The position numbers and the translations under genes were made by a program. From NCBI GenBank assembly GCA_019058295.1, contig JAHPZI010000002.1, positions 32,001 through 96,000 on the forward strand: DNA of 64,000 nt. Direction: 5' to 3'. Below are positions 49,759 through 60,658 of the stretch, piece by piece (the stretch's first letter is position 1; each line of letters starts with the position of its first letter). Under the pieces are notes generated by a model. It ran no database searches. It saw only the letters and a program-made list of their open reading frames with translations, and was not told the origin of the DNA. The stretch comes from Promethearchaeota archaeon. Its GTDB lineage: Archaea; Asgardarchaeota; Lokiarchaeia; Sigyniarchaeales; SOKP01.

Positions 49759-52311
49759 ATGCAAACTGAGATTAAAAAACAGGTAAAAGTTCCAGAATTT
49801 AACTCAATGGATCTTCACCCTCAAAATCAAATTCAAAAAGATCGCTTATTAACAGCAGATCATTGGATCTGCTTGGAACGGGCGAAATTTTATACGGATA
49901 GTTATAAAGAGACAGAAGGGCAACATCCTTCAATCCGTACAGCAAAGGCTTTAAAGCACACCTTTGAGAATATGACTATCGCTATTTATCCTGAGGAATT
50001 ATTGGTGGGAAATAGATCTTCTCAATATATTGCACCCCCTATAGCCCCAGAAAGAGGCGACATGAATATGGTAATAAAGTTTCTTTTACCAACTCTTAAG
50101 AAAAGATATGGATATCATATCACGAAAGAGCATAAAAAATGGCTTAATAAAGAGATTATACCTTACTGGAAAGATAAATCCGTGAGAGCTCTGAAGGTTC
50201 CATTATTTGAGGAGCATGATCTATCGGACAAACTCACTTTAGGCAATGGCGGATTAAAAAGACTAAGAAATGCGTTTGGTTTAAAACACATAGGTAAGCT
50301 GGTGACAGACCCAGATGCTAATTTCTTTGATAAAGTTAAATTCTTTTTACAATTACCAAAATGGATTAAGCTAATGAAAGTAGGTACCGCTGATAATGTG
50401 AAAGGAAGGGGAAGATGTATTGATATGCAAGGTCATATTGTTCCAGGATATAAGAATGTCGTGAAATTTGGATTTAAGGGGATAAAAGAACAAGCTGAAA
50501 ACAGATTAAAGACTGCTAAGAATGATTCAGAAAAGGGTTTTCTGGAGGGAGTTATTATGACTTGTGAAGCAATGAGGGATTTTAGTCTTCGCTTCACAAA
50601 ATTAGCTAAGGAGATGGCGAGTACTGAAACTGATGAGGAAAGAAAAAAGGAATTACTGAAAATTGCAAAAATTTGTGAAAAGGTACCTTGGAATCCTCCA
50701 GACACATTTTATGAAGCAGTCCAATCTTTCTGGTTTACTCATAATGTGGTAATAATCAGTTATGGGATGGGGGGTATGACTCCAGGGCGTCTGGATCAAA
50801 TCCTATATCCATATTATAAGAAAGATAAAGATGCCAATTTAATTACGGATGATGATGCTTTAAGGTTACTTGAAGAAGTTATCATAAAGATTAACAATAA
50901 TGTAGTTATATGGCCTAATGTATTGGGTGCTCGCCTCAACCATTTAGGTTCAGATGTTCAAGATATTACTTTTGGAGGAGTAGATCGAAATGGAGAAGAT
51001 GCAACCAATGAACTTACGTATATCTGTATGGAAGCAATAAAAAATACTAAGCTTGCTACTCAATCCTCTTTCCGAATTTCAAAAAATAGTCCTGAAGAAT
51101 ATTTAAAAAAGGTCTTGGAATTACACAAATATACAGCTGGACCAGCTTTGTTTAATGATGAGGTTATTATTAAAGCTCTTCAGAAAGATGGATATTCATT
51201 GGAAGCTGCAAGAGACTACTGTGTAGTGGGGTGCGTAGAGCCAAGTGGTAATGGAGATACATATGGAGCAACTGGAGGTACTAAACTATATTTCCCATCT
51301 ATTCTTGATTTGACATTTAATCGGGGTATTACAACCTTTTTTGGAGGGGAAAGGGATATTGATACGGGAGATCCCGTAGAGTTTAAGTCATTTGATGAGT
51401 TTATGGAAGCATATTATACTCAATTAGATCATATTGTTGATGTATGTGCTAAAGCAGGAGACTTGAGAGATCAAGTCTGGGCTGAAAACTATCATAATCC
51501 ATTGATTTCATGTACTATTGATGGGTGTATTGAAAATGCTATGGATATGACTCAAGGGGGAGCTGAACTCATGTTCCATGCAATTGGTGGCGGGGGATTA
51601 GGAACGATAGTGGATTCTTTAGCGGCTATAAAGAAATTTGTGTATGAAGAAAAAAAAGTATCTATGAACGATTTACTTCATGCTATACAAACCAATTTTA
51701 AGGATAACGAACCTTTAAGGCAAATCTTAATGAATGGTCCAAAATTTGGAAATGATGATGATTACACAGACAAAATCGCCGTAGAATTAGTGAAAAAGTT
51801 TTGTACAATGGTAAAAAGTAAAAATTTGTCAATGGGAGATTTTTTCAAACCAAGTTTTAGTTCTTATGGTCTAAATGTATATGAAGGAGCATTAGAACCC
51901 GCAACTCCGAATGGAAGAAAAGCGGGTGAGCCAATTTCAAACGCAATCTCTCCTTGTAATGGTGCTGAACTGAATGGTCCTACCGCAGCATTAAATTCAG
52001 TAGCTAAAATTGACCATACGAATATAGGATATGGTGATTCTCTGAATATGAGGTTCCCACCCTTCTTAACAGATAATGATAAGGGACTTGAAACCTTTAA
52101 GAATTTGCTTGAAACCTACTTTGAAAAAGGAGGAATGCATCTTCAAGTCAATAATATGGGAACTGACACATTAAAGGATGCTCAACTAAATCCTGAAAAT
52201 TATCCCGATTTAATTGTACGGGTTTCTGGATATTCAGCCTATTTTACAAGGCTTGGCAGGGCAATCCAAGATGATTTGATAGATAGAATTGAATTTTGTA
52301 ATTGTTTTTAA
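49759..52311 (+). CDS. Glycyl radical enzyme 1 (PFL2/eliminase-like, substrate unknown)
   Basis: Cys loop CVVGCVEP, Gly loop LIVRVSGYSAYF, ATPNGRKAG. Confidence 0.92.
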   Translation: MQTEIKKQVKVPEFNSMDLHPQNQIQKDRLLTADHWICLERAKFYTDSYKETEGQHPSIRTAKALKHTFENMTIAIYPEELLVGNRSSQYIAPPIAPERGDMNMVIKFLLPTLKKRYGYHITKEHKKWLNKEIIPYWKDKSVRALKVPLFEEHDLSDKLTLGNGGLKRLRNAFGLKHIGKLVTDPDANFFDKVKFFLQLPKWIKLMKVGTADNVKGRGRCIDMQGHIVPGYKNVVKFGFKGIKEQAENRLKTAKNDSEKGFLEGVIMTCEAMRDFSLRFTKLAKEMASTETDEERKKELLKIAKICEKVPWNPPDTFYEAVQSFWFTHNVVIISYGMGGMTPGRLDQILYPYYKKDKDANLITDDDALRLLEEVIIKINNNVVIWPNVLGARLNHLGSDVQDITFGGVDRNGEDATNELTYICMEAIKNTKLATQSSFRISKNSPEEYLKKVLELHKYTAGPALFNDEVIIKALQKDGYSLEAARDYCVVGCVEPSGNGDTYGATGGTKLYFPSILDLTFNRGITTFFGGERDIDTGDPVEFKSFDEFMEAYYTQLDHIVDVCAKAGDLRDQVWAENYHNPLISCTIDGCIENAMDMTQGGAELMFHAIGGGGLGTIVDSLAAIKKFVYEEKKVSMNDLLHAIQTNFKDNEPLRQILMNGPKFGNDDDYTDKIAVELVKKFCTMVKSKNLSMGDFFKPSFSSYGLNVYEGALEPATPNGRKAGEPISNAISPCNGAELNGPTAALNSVAKIDHTNIGYGDSLNMRFPPFLTDNDKGLETFKNLLETYFEKGGMHLQVNNMGTDTLKDAQLNPENYPDLIVRVSGYSAYFTRLGRAIQDDLIDRIEFCNCF

Positions 52312-52324
52312 GGTTATGGTTAAA

Positions 52325-53848
52325 ATGTCTAAAATAAAAGAAATATATAAAGAAATTGAAAACATCGTCGGGTCTGATTATGTTTCTGATAAAGATTTCA
52401 TGAAAGCGGCATATTCTAGGAATGTAGATCCTGCCTTTCCCGATAGATGGGCTGATGTAATAGTTAGACCTGAAAATGCCGAGGAAGTTTCTGATATTGT
52501 GAAAATTGCAAATAAGTATAAGATACCTATTGTTCCAAGAGGCGGCGGGGCTGACTTGGTTGGCGGGTCAGTCTCAGAGGGTGGGATTTTGATGGACCTC
52601 ACTCGGATGAATAAGATCATAGAAATTAATGAAGATGATTTTTACTGTTTCGTTGAGTGCGGTATTACTTGGGGAGAATTGAATTCAGCACTTCTCAAAA
52701 AGGATTTGACTGTTGGGATTATTGGTCCTGGCAGCGGATTTAGTGCGACAATTGGAGGGGGATTATCAAATAATACAGCAGGATTTGGATCAACCAAATA
52801 TGGATTAATTACTGAAAATTGTCTTGGTGTCGAAGTTGTTTTAGGAAATCCTGAGGGTTCAATCATAAGAACTGGTTCCATTGCCAATCAATTTGCCAAA
52901 CCTTTTTGCAGGTATGGAGTCACTCCCGATTTTACAGGTATATTTCTTGGAGATGTGGGCACCATGGGTATAAAAACGAAGGCCGCCTTGAAACTTTATC
53001 CACATCCCCCTTATAAAATCAGAAAAAACTATATGCTATTGAAAAATGATTATAATCTACTTTTTAAAGTAATGAAGAAGTGTCAGACTGAACTTAGAGA
53101 TGGAATGCAAGATTTGTATGTAACTCCGCTTACAGCTGTAAAGGTATTGGCGTCTCAAGTAAAAAAAAAACCTCAAAAAAGAGCTAGAATAAAAGGACCT
53201 ATTTTACTTTTTATTTTAGAGGCTTTTAATGAGCGAATTCTAAAGATTTATGAAGAAACGCTTTCAGATATTATGAAAGATGTTGCTAGACCATTTGAGT
53301 GGACAGAACTAGATTTGACGGCAGAGTCAACAAAGGAATGGCGGTTTAATTTAGGTTTTTCATATACATATTTTAATAAATTTGTTTCACTTGCCCCACC
53401 GAAGATATCTTGTACCACATGTCATAAAATTCCTATATCTTCGATGGCTGAAAAGAAAGCGCTTAGTTCAGAATTTGATGATGCACATAAGGGTGAATTT
53501 CCACCCCAAAGTGTCGCATTATTTGCATCTTCAATCCATTTAATATCAAATGGTCATTGTGTTTTTGCTGGAGGATTTGCCACAGACAATATAGAATCTT
53601 CTCGGGACTTAGCAATGAAAATTTGGCATAAAAGGGTTGCAAATCAAGCTAAATATGGGGGCGTACATTATTGGTTAGGCGAATCGATTTCCCAATCAAT
53701 CGTTGAGTCGGGAGCACTTACCCCTGATTTCCTAAAATTTTTCAAAAACATTAAAAAAAGTGTGGATCCGAATTTTCTTTTAAGTCCAAAGAAATTCCAT
53801 ATGTATTCGTATAAAGATGATATAAATAAATACATTAAAAAAGAATAG
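52325..53848 (+). CDS. FAD-linked oxidoreductase (VAO/GlcD/alkyl-DHAP synthase family)
   Basis: PIVPRGGG, ATIGG, GTMGIKT, DPNFLLSP. ATG 52325 preferred over the overlapping TTG. Confidence 0.88.
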   Translation: MSKIKEIYKEIENIVGSDYVSDKDFMKAAYSRNVDPAFPDRWADVIVRPENAEEVSDIVKIANKYKIPIVPRGGGADLVGGSVSEGGILMDLTRMNKIIEINEDDFYCFVECGITWGELNSALLKKDLTVGIIGPGSGFSATIGGGLSNNTAGFGSTKYGLITENCLGVEVVLGNPEGSIIRTGSIANQFAKPFCRYGVTPDFTGIFLGDVGTMGIKTKAALKLYPHPPYKIRKNYMLLKNDYNLLFKVMKKCQTELRDGMQDLYVTPLTAVKVLASQVKKKPQKRARIKGPILLFILEAFNERILKIYEETLSDIMKDVARPFEWTELDLTAESTKEWRFNLGFSYTYFNKFVSLAPPKISCTTCHKIPISSMAEKKALSSEFDDAHKGEFPPQSVALFASSIHLISNGHCVFAGGFATDNIESSRDLAMKIWHKRVANQAKYGGVHYWLGESISQSIVESGALTPDFLKFFKNIKKSVDPNFLLSPKKFHMYSYKDDINKYIKKE

Positions 53849-53883
53849 ATTTGAGACAATTTTAAATAAAAAAAGGATGAAAA

Positions 53884-54684
53884 ATGAGTTTTAGAAGAGA
53901 ATTAGAAGATATTAAAAAGAAAAAAGAAGAAATGATTACCAGCGTTTTTAAAGGAGCAGAAATGGTCTGGGTATTATGGGAAACTAAAAAGGAAGTTGTT
54001 GAGCGAGTACTCCCTCCCCCGTTGGAACCACTGAATCGTCCAATTGCTCTTGCGTTTGTAGCTAACTATCCCTCTCATTCATATGGATTGCCTTACAGAG
54101 AAGCAGCATTAATTTTAAGGTGTAAATATAAAGCTGAATTGGGAAATTACTTCCTTGCGATGCCCCTGACAGACGATAGAGCTACATTTGCTGGTAGAGA
54201 GATATTTGGCTTCCCAAAAAAAATCGCAAATGTCCATTTTGAGAAGAATGGAAACAAAATTTACGGATTTTCTGAGCGCAATGGAGTTAAAAATATTGAA
54301 ATTAAACTGAATATTACAGGTAAGTTCAATGATGTGGAAACCCCTAAAATTGTGTCTGAGATCCAAATGATTCCAAAAAGAGGTAAAGGAACTGTTAATT
54401 ACCTTTTTAAACATTTTCCCCATCCAACTAAAGAAGGATTTGATTATACCCCTTGGTTGATAAAGCAGGTAACTAAATCTAAAATCAAATCTATGCAAAT
54501 GGGAGAAGCTGAAATTACTTTAAATTCAACAATCCATGATCCATGGGGGGAAATTGAAGTTGTAAAAATTTTGGGGGGCATGTATTTACAATCTGAGAAT
54601 GAAATGTTCCCAGGAGAAATACTTACAGAAGTAGATCCTGATGAATTTTTACCCTATTCATACATTAAATGGGATTGGTATTAA
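53884..54684 (+). CDS. Acetoacetate decarboxylase-like protein
   Basis: LPPPLEP, PYREAAL, GREIFGFPKK (Schiff-base lysine). Confidence 0.9.
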   Translation: MSFRRELEDIKKKKEEMITSVFKGAEMVWVLWETKKEVVERVLPPPLEPLNRPIALAFVANYPSHSYGLPYREAALILRCKYKAELGNYFLAMPLTDDRATFAGREIFGFPKKIANVHFEKNGNKIYGFSERNGVKNIEIKLNITGKFNDVETPKIVSEIQMIPKRGKGTVNYLFKHFPHPTKEGFDYTPWLIKQVTKSKIKSMQMGEAEITLNSTIHDPWGEIEVVKILGGMYLQSENEMFPGEILTEVDPDEFLPYSYIKWDWY

Positions 54685-54713
54685 AAATAAGTTTTTAAAT
54701 TTAGAAGATTAAG

Positions 54714-57269
54714 ATGAGCGAAAGAATTAAAAGATTGCGTAAAAGATACCAGACAGAAATGCCAAAAATTTCAATTGAAAGGGCAAAATATTATACAGAT
54801 CAGTGGTTCGAAACTGAGAATAATGGAACCCCCCAGAATATACGAGTTGCACTTTCAATGAAGAATGTATATAAAAACATGACTCATTATGTAGATCCCG
54901 ATGATAGGATTGCAGGTTATTGGACTGAGGATTTTATGGGGATACCAATTGATATTGAACGGGGGGTTTTCAATAAAGTGTTTGAGACGGAACTTAGTTG
55001 GTGGACTCTTTTACGTTTCAGAATAGGAGCAATCCTAAAGTCCTTTAAATTCTTACGTGAAAAAGAATATTTGCATGACTTTCTACAAAATAATAAGAGA
55101 CTCCGCAAAGAAGGTTCCCAACCTTTAAATTTTGGAGTCAAAACAATGGAAAAAAGAAAAATAAATCCCTTTAAAATTAATAAGAAAGATAAGAAAATTT
55201 TATTGAAAAAACTCCTTCCGAAATGGAATGGGAACACGCTAGTAAATATACTAGAGGATGAAATTCCGAAAGCAGGTATTCTTTCAGGAAGTATGGTAGA
55301 ATTTTCTAATGCTATGCCCGCAAATACCTCTAGGCAAACTAAAATGATTAGTATGTGTGCTACAATATCTACTTACCAAGGCCATGTTATAATAGATTAT
55401 GAAACCCCAATTAAAAAAGGTTTGCTTAAAATGAAGGAGGAGATTGAGGTTGAAATTGAAAATAGTTCGTCATTATCCTCAGATGATTTAAATACATTAA
55501 AATCCCTTAAGACGGCAATAGAAGGAGTCATTATCTTCGCAGAAAGACTAGCTGAAAAGGTTGAATCTGAATATAACAAAGCAACCGATTCTACACAGAA
55601 AGCGATCTTAAAAAGAATGTTAGAAAATTGTAAAAAAGGTCCCTTATATCCAGCAGAAACTTTTTATGAGGCGATACAATCAGGATGGACAGTAAAAACC
55701 GCTATTGAGTTAGCACATCCTGTAAATTTACATTGTTTTGGTCGTATGGATCAAATATTTTATCCTTATTATAAAAAGGATATTGAGAATGGTATTATTA
55801 CCCAAGATGAGGCAAGAGAGCTATTAGAAGAACTTTTACTAAAAGTTATGTCTCAGAATATCAGACCAGAAACAAACTTGCTTGCAAATTTTTATCATAG
55901 ATTTTTAGGTTCTACTCCAATAACACTTGGAGGACTAAAACCTGATGGGACAGACGCAACTAATGAATTAACCTATCTTTTTCTCGAGGCTGCTAATAAT
56001 TCAAGGGCAGTAACAAATATCTCTCTCAGAATTAATGAAGCCACGCCCGATGATGTATTGTTGAAAGCAGCAGATGTTTTATATCAAGGGAGTTCAAATC
56101 TCTCGTTTTTTAATGATGATGTTAATGTAGAGTCGATGAAAAAAAGAGGCTTTTCTGAAGAGGATGCCCGCGATTATGCTGTAATGGGATGTGTAGAAAT
56201 GCTCTGTCCTGGTAAAACAGGGGGCATGAGCGCTAATGCATTACTTCTATGTAGGTTGTTAGATCTCACATTGCGTAATGGTGATTCTCAAACTTTTATG
56301 GGTCTTATTAAAGAATTAGGACTTAAAACTGGTGAACCAGATTCTTTCTCTACATTTGAAGAATTTTTGGAAGCCTTTTTAACTCAAGCAAATAAACAGG
56401 TAAAATTGCTTGTTGATGTCTCAAATCTTCGCGATCAATTATATGCTAAATATTTACCAGCTCCATATATCTCTGCTTTTATAGAGGGATGTATAGAAAG
56501 TAGGAAAGATGTTACTCAAGGAGGGGGAAAATATGATTTATCTGGTATCTCCTTCATCAATAGTATTGCCAATTTAACCGATTCTTTATATGTTATTAAG
56601 AAACTCATCTTCGATGAAAAGATAACAACTTTTAAGGAACTTATGAATGCAATAGATATGAATTATAACGGCTATGAAGACCTCTATTATAAAATTCTAA
56701 AATTAGAGGGTAAATGGGGAAATGGTTATAAAGAAGTCGACGATCTATGTCATTATGTTTCTAAACAGCTATTCGAAGACACATATAATTATACTTCTTA
56801 TAGGGGGGGAGCATTTGTCCCGTATCTTATCAGTATGACAACACATACTATTGATGGTCGAATCTCTATTGCAACTCCAGATGGTCGTAAAGCTGCTAGT
56901 CCTTATGCTGCAAGCTGTAATCCATATAATGTAGAAAAATGTGGTATAACCAACGTATTCCATTCCGTTTCTGCTATAGATTATGAAGATGTATTAGGAT
57001 GTGCTGTAAATGTAAAGTTTCATCCCACAGCCATAGGAGAAAAATTAGAAAATCGTGAAAAATGGATTGCTTTAATCCGCGCATATTTCGAATTAGGTGG
57101 ACAACAGGTACAACCCACTGTCGTTTCTGCTGAAATGCTTAAAGAGGCACAAGACAATCCAGGCATGTATGGAGATTTAATTGTTAAAGTTGGAGGATAT
57201 TCTGCATATTTCTGTGAGTTAGGTATTGAAATCCAAAATGAAATTATTGCTAGGACAGAACATGAATAA
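54714..57269 (+). CDS. Glycyl radical enzyme 2 (substrate unknown)
   Basis: Cys loop AVMGCVEM, Gly loop LIVKVGGYSAYF, ATPDGRKA. Confidence 0.92.
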   Translation: MSERIKRLRKRYQTEMPKISIERAKYYTDQWFETENNGTPQNIRVALSMKNVYKNMTHYVDPDDRIAGYWTEDFMGIPIDIERGVFNKVFETELSWWTLLRFRIGAILKSFKFLREKEYLHDFLQNNKRLRKEGSQPLNFGVKTMEKRKINPFKINKKDKKILLKKLLPKWNGNTLVNILEDEIPKAGILSGSMVEFSNAMPANTSRQTKMISMCATISTYQGHVIIDYETPIKKGLLKMKEEIEVEIENSSSLSSDDLNTLKSLKTAIEGVIIFAERLAEKVESEYNKATDSTQKAILKRMLENCKKGPLYPAETFYEAIQSGWTVKTAIELAHPVNLHCFGRMDQIFYPYYKKDIENGIITQDEARELLEELLLKVMSQNIRPETNLLANFYHRFLGSTPITLGGLKPDGTDATNELTYLFLEAANNSRAVTNISLRINEATPDDVLLKAADVLYQGSSNLSFFNDDVNVESMKKRGFSEEDARDYAVMGCVEMLCPGKTGGMSANALLLCRLLDLTLRNGDSQTFMGLIKELGLKTGEPDSFSTFEEFLEAFLTQANKQVKLLVDVSNLRDQLYAKYLPAPYISAFIEGCIESRKDVTQGGGKYDLSGISFINSIANLTDSLYVIKKLIFDEKITTFKELMNAIDMNYNGYEDLYYKILKLEGKWGNGYKEVDDLCHYVSKQLFEDTYNYTSYRGGAFVPYLISMTTHTIDGRISIATPDGRKAASPYAASCNPYNVEKCGITNVFHSVSAIDYEDVLGCAVNVKFHPTAIGEKLENREKWIALIRAYFELGGQQVQPTVVSAEMLKEAQDNPGMYGDLIVKVGGYSAYFCELGIEIQNEIIARTEHE

Positions 57270-57284
57270 AAAAGAGGTGTAATC

Positions 57285-58790
57285 ATGGTTTATATTCCAG
57301 GATTTCTAGTAAATAAGGTGTATGAGAGAGGTAGTTTACAAAACACAGAAGATGGGTTCACATTTACGTTTAAGAATACTATGACTCCCGTAAAAATTAG
57401 CGGGATGAGCCAATTAAAAATAACTATTGATGGTGAAATTTCAATCCCGCAAGAGAATGTGGAACTTGAACTTGGAGGTCGAATCTTCAAGGTCTCTGGC
57501 GAACCTTTAAAGGAACTTGTAGAATTTTCAAAAAATTCAAAACTTTTTATTCGTATTAAAGGAGATCATCTCTCAAATGGAAAACATGTGTTAAAAATTA
57601 GTTTTATTACTCATGAATATGGAGGAGTCACTCTTAAAGTTAAAGATGCCATGGGAGATATTGAATATCTAACTAAATGGCAGAAATTTAAAAAGCTGTT
57701 TTCAAGAAAAAAGAAGAAAGTGGCTATAAAACCTATGATTATTGAAGGGGAGTTAGGTGGTGTTCCATTAGATCCCGATTTTTCACGATTAGAAAAGGTG
57801 ATACATCATGAAATACCTGATAGAGTACCTTTATTTGAAGCAGAAATCGAAATACCGATTAAAGAAGCCTTCTTAGGTCGTGAAATCCAGACGGCCGAAG
57901 ATGATGTCGAGTTTTACATCAGAGCAGGTTATGACTTTGTACCCGTAGTTCCTCCCTTTTTCACGCCTAGAGTAATGCGACAAGCGAATGGGGATGAGAG
58001 GAGTTGGATTACCGAAAGTGAAGGGCGCATTAAAACTATAGAAGACTTTGAAAAATTTCCATGGCCTGACCCGGATGAAGTCGACTTCTCTTCTTTTTAT
58101 GAAATAGCAGCACTACTTCCTCCAAAAATGAAAATTTTAGGATTACTTTCACCAGCCGCAGTATTTGGAAACACATCCCAATCAATGGGATTAACTAATT
58201 TTTCTTATGCCCTATATGATAATATTGAATTAGTTGAAGCCTTATTCGAAAAAATTGGTTCTTCTTATTTAAAAATAGCAAAACGGCTTGCTAAAGTACC
58301 AAAACTAGGAGCAGTACTAATGTCAGACGATCTAGCACATACAGGAGGGTGTTTTATAAATCCAAAAATTTATAGAAAATACGTGTTCCCGTGGTATAGA
58401 GAGATAGGACGTGTTTTTGAGAATGCGGGCATTCCGTTTATTTTTCATTCTGATGGCAATTTTATGGCTGTTTTTAATGATTTAGCAGATTGTGGTGTCA
58501 AGGCAATTCACCCAATTGAGCCTCAGGCAATGAATATTGTAGAAGTTAAGAAAGAATATGGTGATAAGTTCTGTATTTTTGGTAATATAGATCTTGAATA
58601 TACATTGACCAGAGGAACCGTGGAAGAAGTCGAAGCACAAGTGAAACAAAGAATAAAAGAACTCGCACCCGGTGGAGGCTGGGGGTGTGCTGCTTCAAAT
58701 TCCATCCCTGATTATGTTAAACCTGAAAATTTTAAGGCGATGGTTGAAGCTGTCAAAAAATATGGTAAATATCCTATAAATATTGAATAA
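57285..58790 (+). CDS. UroD/MtaA-family methyltransferase fused to an N-terminal beta-rich domain
   Basis: PDRVP, SDDLA, FHSDGN, GNID, APGGG, SNSIP; about 120 extra N-terminal residues. Confidence 0.85.
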   Translation: MVYIPGFLVNKVYERGSLQNTEDGFTFTFKNTMTPVKISGMSQLKITIDGEISIPQENVELELGGRIFKVSGEPLKELVEFSKNSKLFIRIKGDHLSNGKHVLKISFITHEYGGVTLKVKDAMGDIEYLTKWQKFKKLFSRKKKKVAIKPMIIEGELGGVPLDPDFSRLEKVIHHEIPDRVPLFEAEIEIPIKEAFLGREIQTAEDDVEFYIRAGYDFVPVVPPFFTPRVMRQANGDERSWITESEGRIKTIEDFEKFPWPDPDEVDFSSFYEIAALLPPKMKILGLLSPAAVFGNTSQSMGLTNFSYALYDNIELVEALFEKIGSSYLKIAKRLAKVPKLGAVLMSDDLAHTGGCFINPKIYRKYVFPWYREIGRVFENAGIPFIFHSDGNFMAVFNDLADCGVKAIHPIEPQAMNIVEVKKEYGDKFCIFGNIDLEYTLTRGTVEEVEAQVKQRIKELAPGGGWGCAASNSIPDYVKPENFKAMVEAVKKYGKYPINIE

Positions 58791-58804
58791 AGAGAGGTTC
58801 TATA

Positions 58805-59434
58805 ATGGAAAAATTAAAAGAATTAGTAGTAGAAGGATATAATAAAGATACTGTGGAAAGAATAAATATACTTTTAGAGAAAGGTAACAGCGCAGAAGAT
58901 ATTTTAAACAAAGCGTTGATTCCAGCTATGGATAAAGTAGGAGAATTATTTCAAAAAAATGAATATTTTATTCCAGATTTGTTGATCGCCTCAAGAGCAA
59001 TGGAAGAAGGGATGGAAATTCTAAAACCATTACTAGCCAAAGGAGAAAATACGAAATCCTTGGGAAAATTCGTCCTTGGTACAGTCAAGGGTGATCTACA
59101 TGACATTGGTAAGACCTTAGTAGAATCTGTACTGAAAGGTGCGGGATTTGAAGTGATAGATCTTGGAACTGATATTCCTCCTGAAAAATTTGTAGAGGCA
59201 ATAAAAGAGCATAATCCTTTCGCAGTTGGATTAAGTGCCCTTCTTACAATTACTATGATAGAAATGGAAAATGTAGTGAAGGCAATAAAAGAGGCAGGAT
59301 TACGGGATAAAGTTAGAATCCTGCTTGGAGGAGCTCCTGTAACTAAAGAATTTACAGAAGAAATAGGAGCAGATTTCTATGGAGAGGATCCTCATTCAGC
59401 AAAAAATTACCTCCTAAGTGTTATTAAACAATAA
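58805..59434 (+). CDS. Corrinoid protein (MtaC/MtbC-like)
   Basis: B12 cap domain and GTVKGDLHDIGK (DxHxxG), GLSALLT, GGAP. Confidence 0.93.
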   Translation: MEKLKELVVEGYNKDTVERINILLEKGNSAEDILNKALIPAMDKVGELFQKNEYFIPDLLIASRAMEEGMEILKPLLAKGENTKSLGKFVLGTVKGDLHDIGKTLVESVLKGAGFEVIDLGTDIPPEKFVEAIKEHNPFAVGLSALLTITMIEMENVVKAIKEAGLRDKVRILLGGAPVTKEFTEEIGADFYGEDPHSAKNYLLSVIKQ

Positions 59435-59519
59435 AAATAATATTTTATTAAAAATCTATAAAAAATTTTAATATTAATTTTACTATCTTGTAATCATCAA
59501 ATAACATTAAAAAAAAAAA

Positions 59520-60656
59520 ATGATAAAAATGATGAAAATAGAAAAATTGCCAAGAGAATGCGAAGAATATATGACTCCTAAGGAAAGAATTACAGCAATG
59601 ATTATGAGAAAGAAATGCGATAGAATCCCTGTTTTTCCATTTGTTTCTGCCGCAGCAGCACAAATACTTAAACTTAATTATGGAGAATATGCACAAAAGC
59701 CAGATTTATTTTTACGTGCGCAAATTGAAGCTCAAAAATTATTTGGCTACGATGCGATTACTGCGATGCCAGATTTATGTGTTGAAGCTCAAGGTTTTGG
59801 AGCGAACATAATTTATCCTGATAATAACGCTGCTTATCCAGATCCATATAATCCTGTAATAAAAGATCCTAGTGGATATAAGACTATTGATAAATTATTT
59901 GATTGGTCCCATGCAGACAGAATGAAAAATCAACTAAAGGTTGTAAGTACTATAAATGATCAATTACCCGATATGATGATTGGGGGAATGTCTATAGGTC
60001 CACTAGGACTCATTTCAAGACTTAGAAATGTTAATGAATTTGTACGAGACTTCATTCGGCATCCAGATTTAATCCATGAGGCATGTGAAAAAGTAACTGA
60101 TATTCAAATTGAATATATAGAGAAACAAATTGAGGCAGGAGCGAGGACTATAATGCTACCAGTTGTTTTAGCTGAGAGAGAACTGATGAGTAAAGAAATG
60201 TGGTTAGAATTTGATATGCCTTACCAACAGCGGATTGCTAAATTTGTCAAGAGAAAAAAGGCTCTATATTGTATACATACATGTGGTCGTGGGCCTTATT
60301 TCGATCTTTTAATTGAACACCTTAAACCTGTTCTTATCCAGAATGCTTTTTTACCGGATGGTGTTAAAACCGAAGAGGAAATGGTTGAAAAATATGGTAG
60401 AAAGTTAGTATTCTTAGGTTTTCTAAGTGTTGCATTGCTTGCTTGGTCAAGTCCTATGGAAGTAATAGCAGAATGTAAAAGAGAGCTTGAAGTCTTTGGA
60501 AAATCTCCCGCAGGATATTTTCTTGGAGCATCGTGTGAATACCCTCCATATGCTCCTTTATACAATGCACTGGCAGTAGTAAAGGCTGCTAGAATGTACG
60601 GGGCTAATTTTAAAACTGGAGAAGGACCAGATTATGAAGAGGAGGGTGCAACCTAA
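59520..60656 (+). CDS. MtaA/CmuA (UroD-fold) methylcobamide methyltransferase
   Basis: DRIPVFP, DLCVEAQGFG, IHTCG (HxC zinc ligands), GASCE. Confidence 0.88.
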   Translation: MIKMMKIEKLPRECEEYMTPKERITAMIMRKKCDRIPVFPFVSAAAAQILKLNYGEYAQKPDLFLRAQIEAQKLFGYDAITAMPDLCVEAQGFGANIIYPDNNAAYPDPYNPVIKDPSGYKTIDKLFDWSHADRMKNQLKVVSTINDQLPDMMIGGMSIGPLGLISRLRNVNEFVRDFIRHPDLIHEACEKVTDIQIEYIEKQIEAGARTIMLPVVLAERELMSKEMWLEFDMPYQQRIAKFVKRKKALYCIHTCGRGPYFDLLIEHLKPVLIQNAFLPDGVKTEEEMVEKYGRKLVFLGFLSVALLAWSSPMEVIAECKRELEVFGKSPAGYFLGASCEYPPYAPLYNALAVVKAARMYGANFKTGEGPDYEEEGAT

Positions 60657-60658
60657 AA

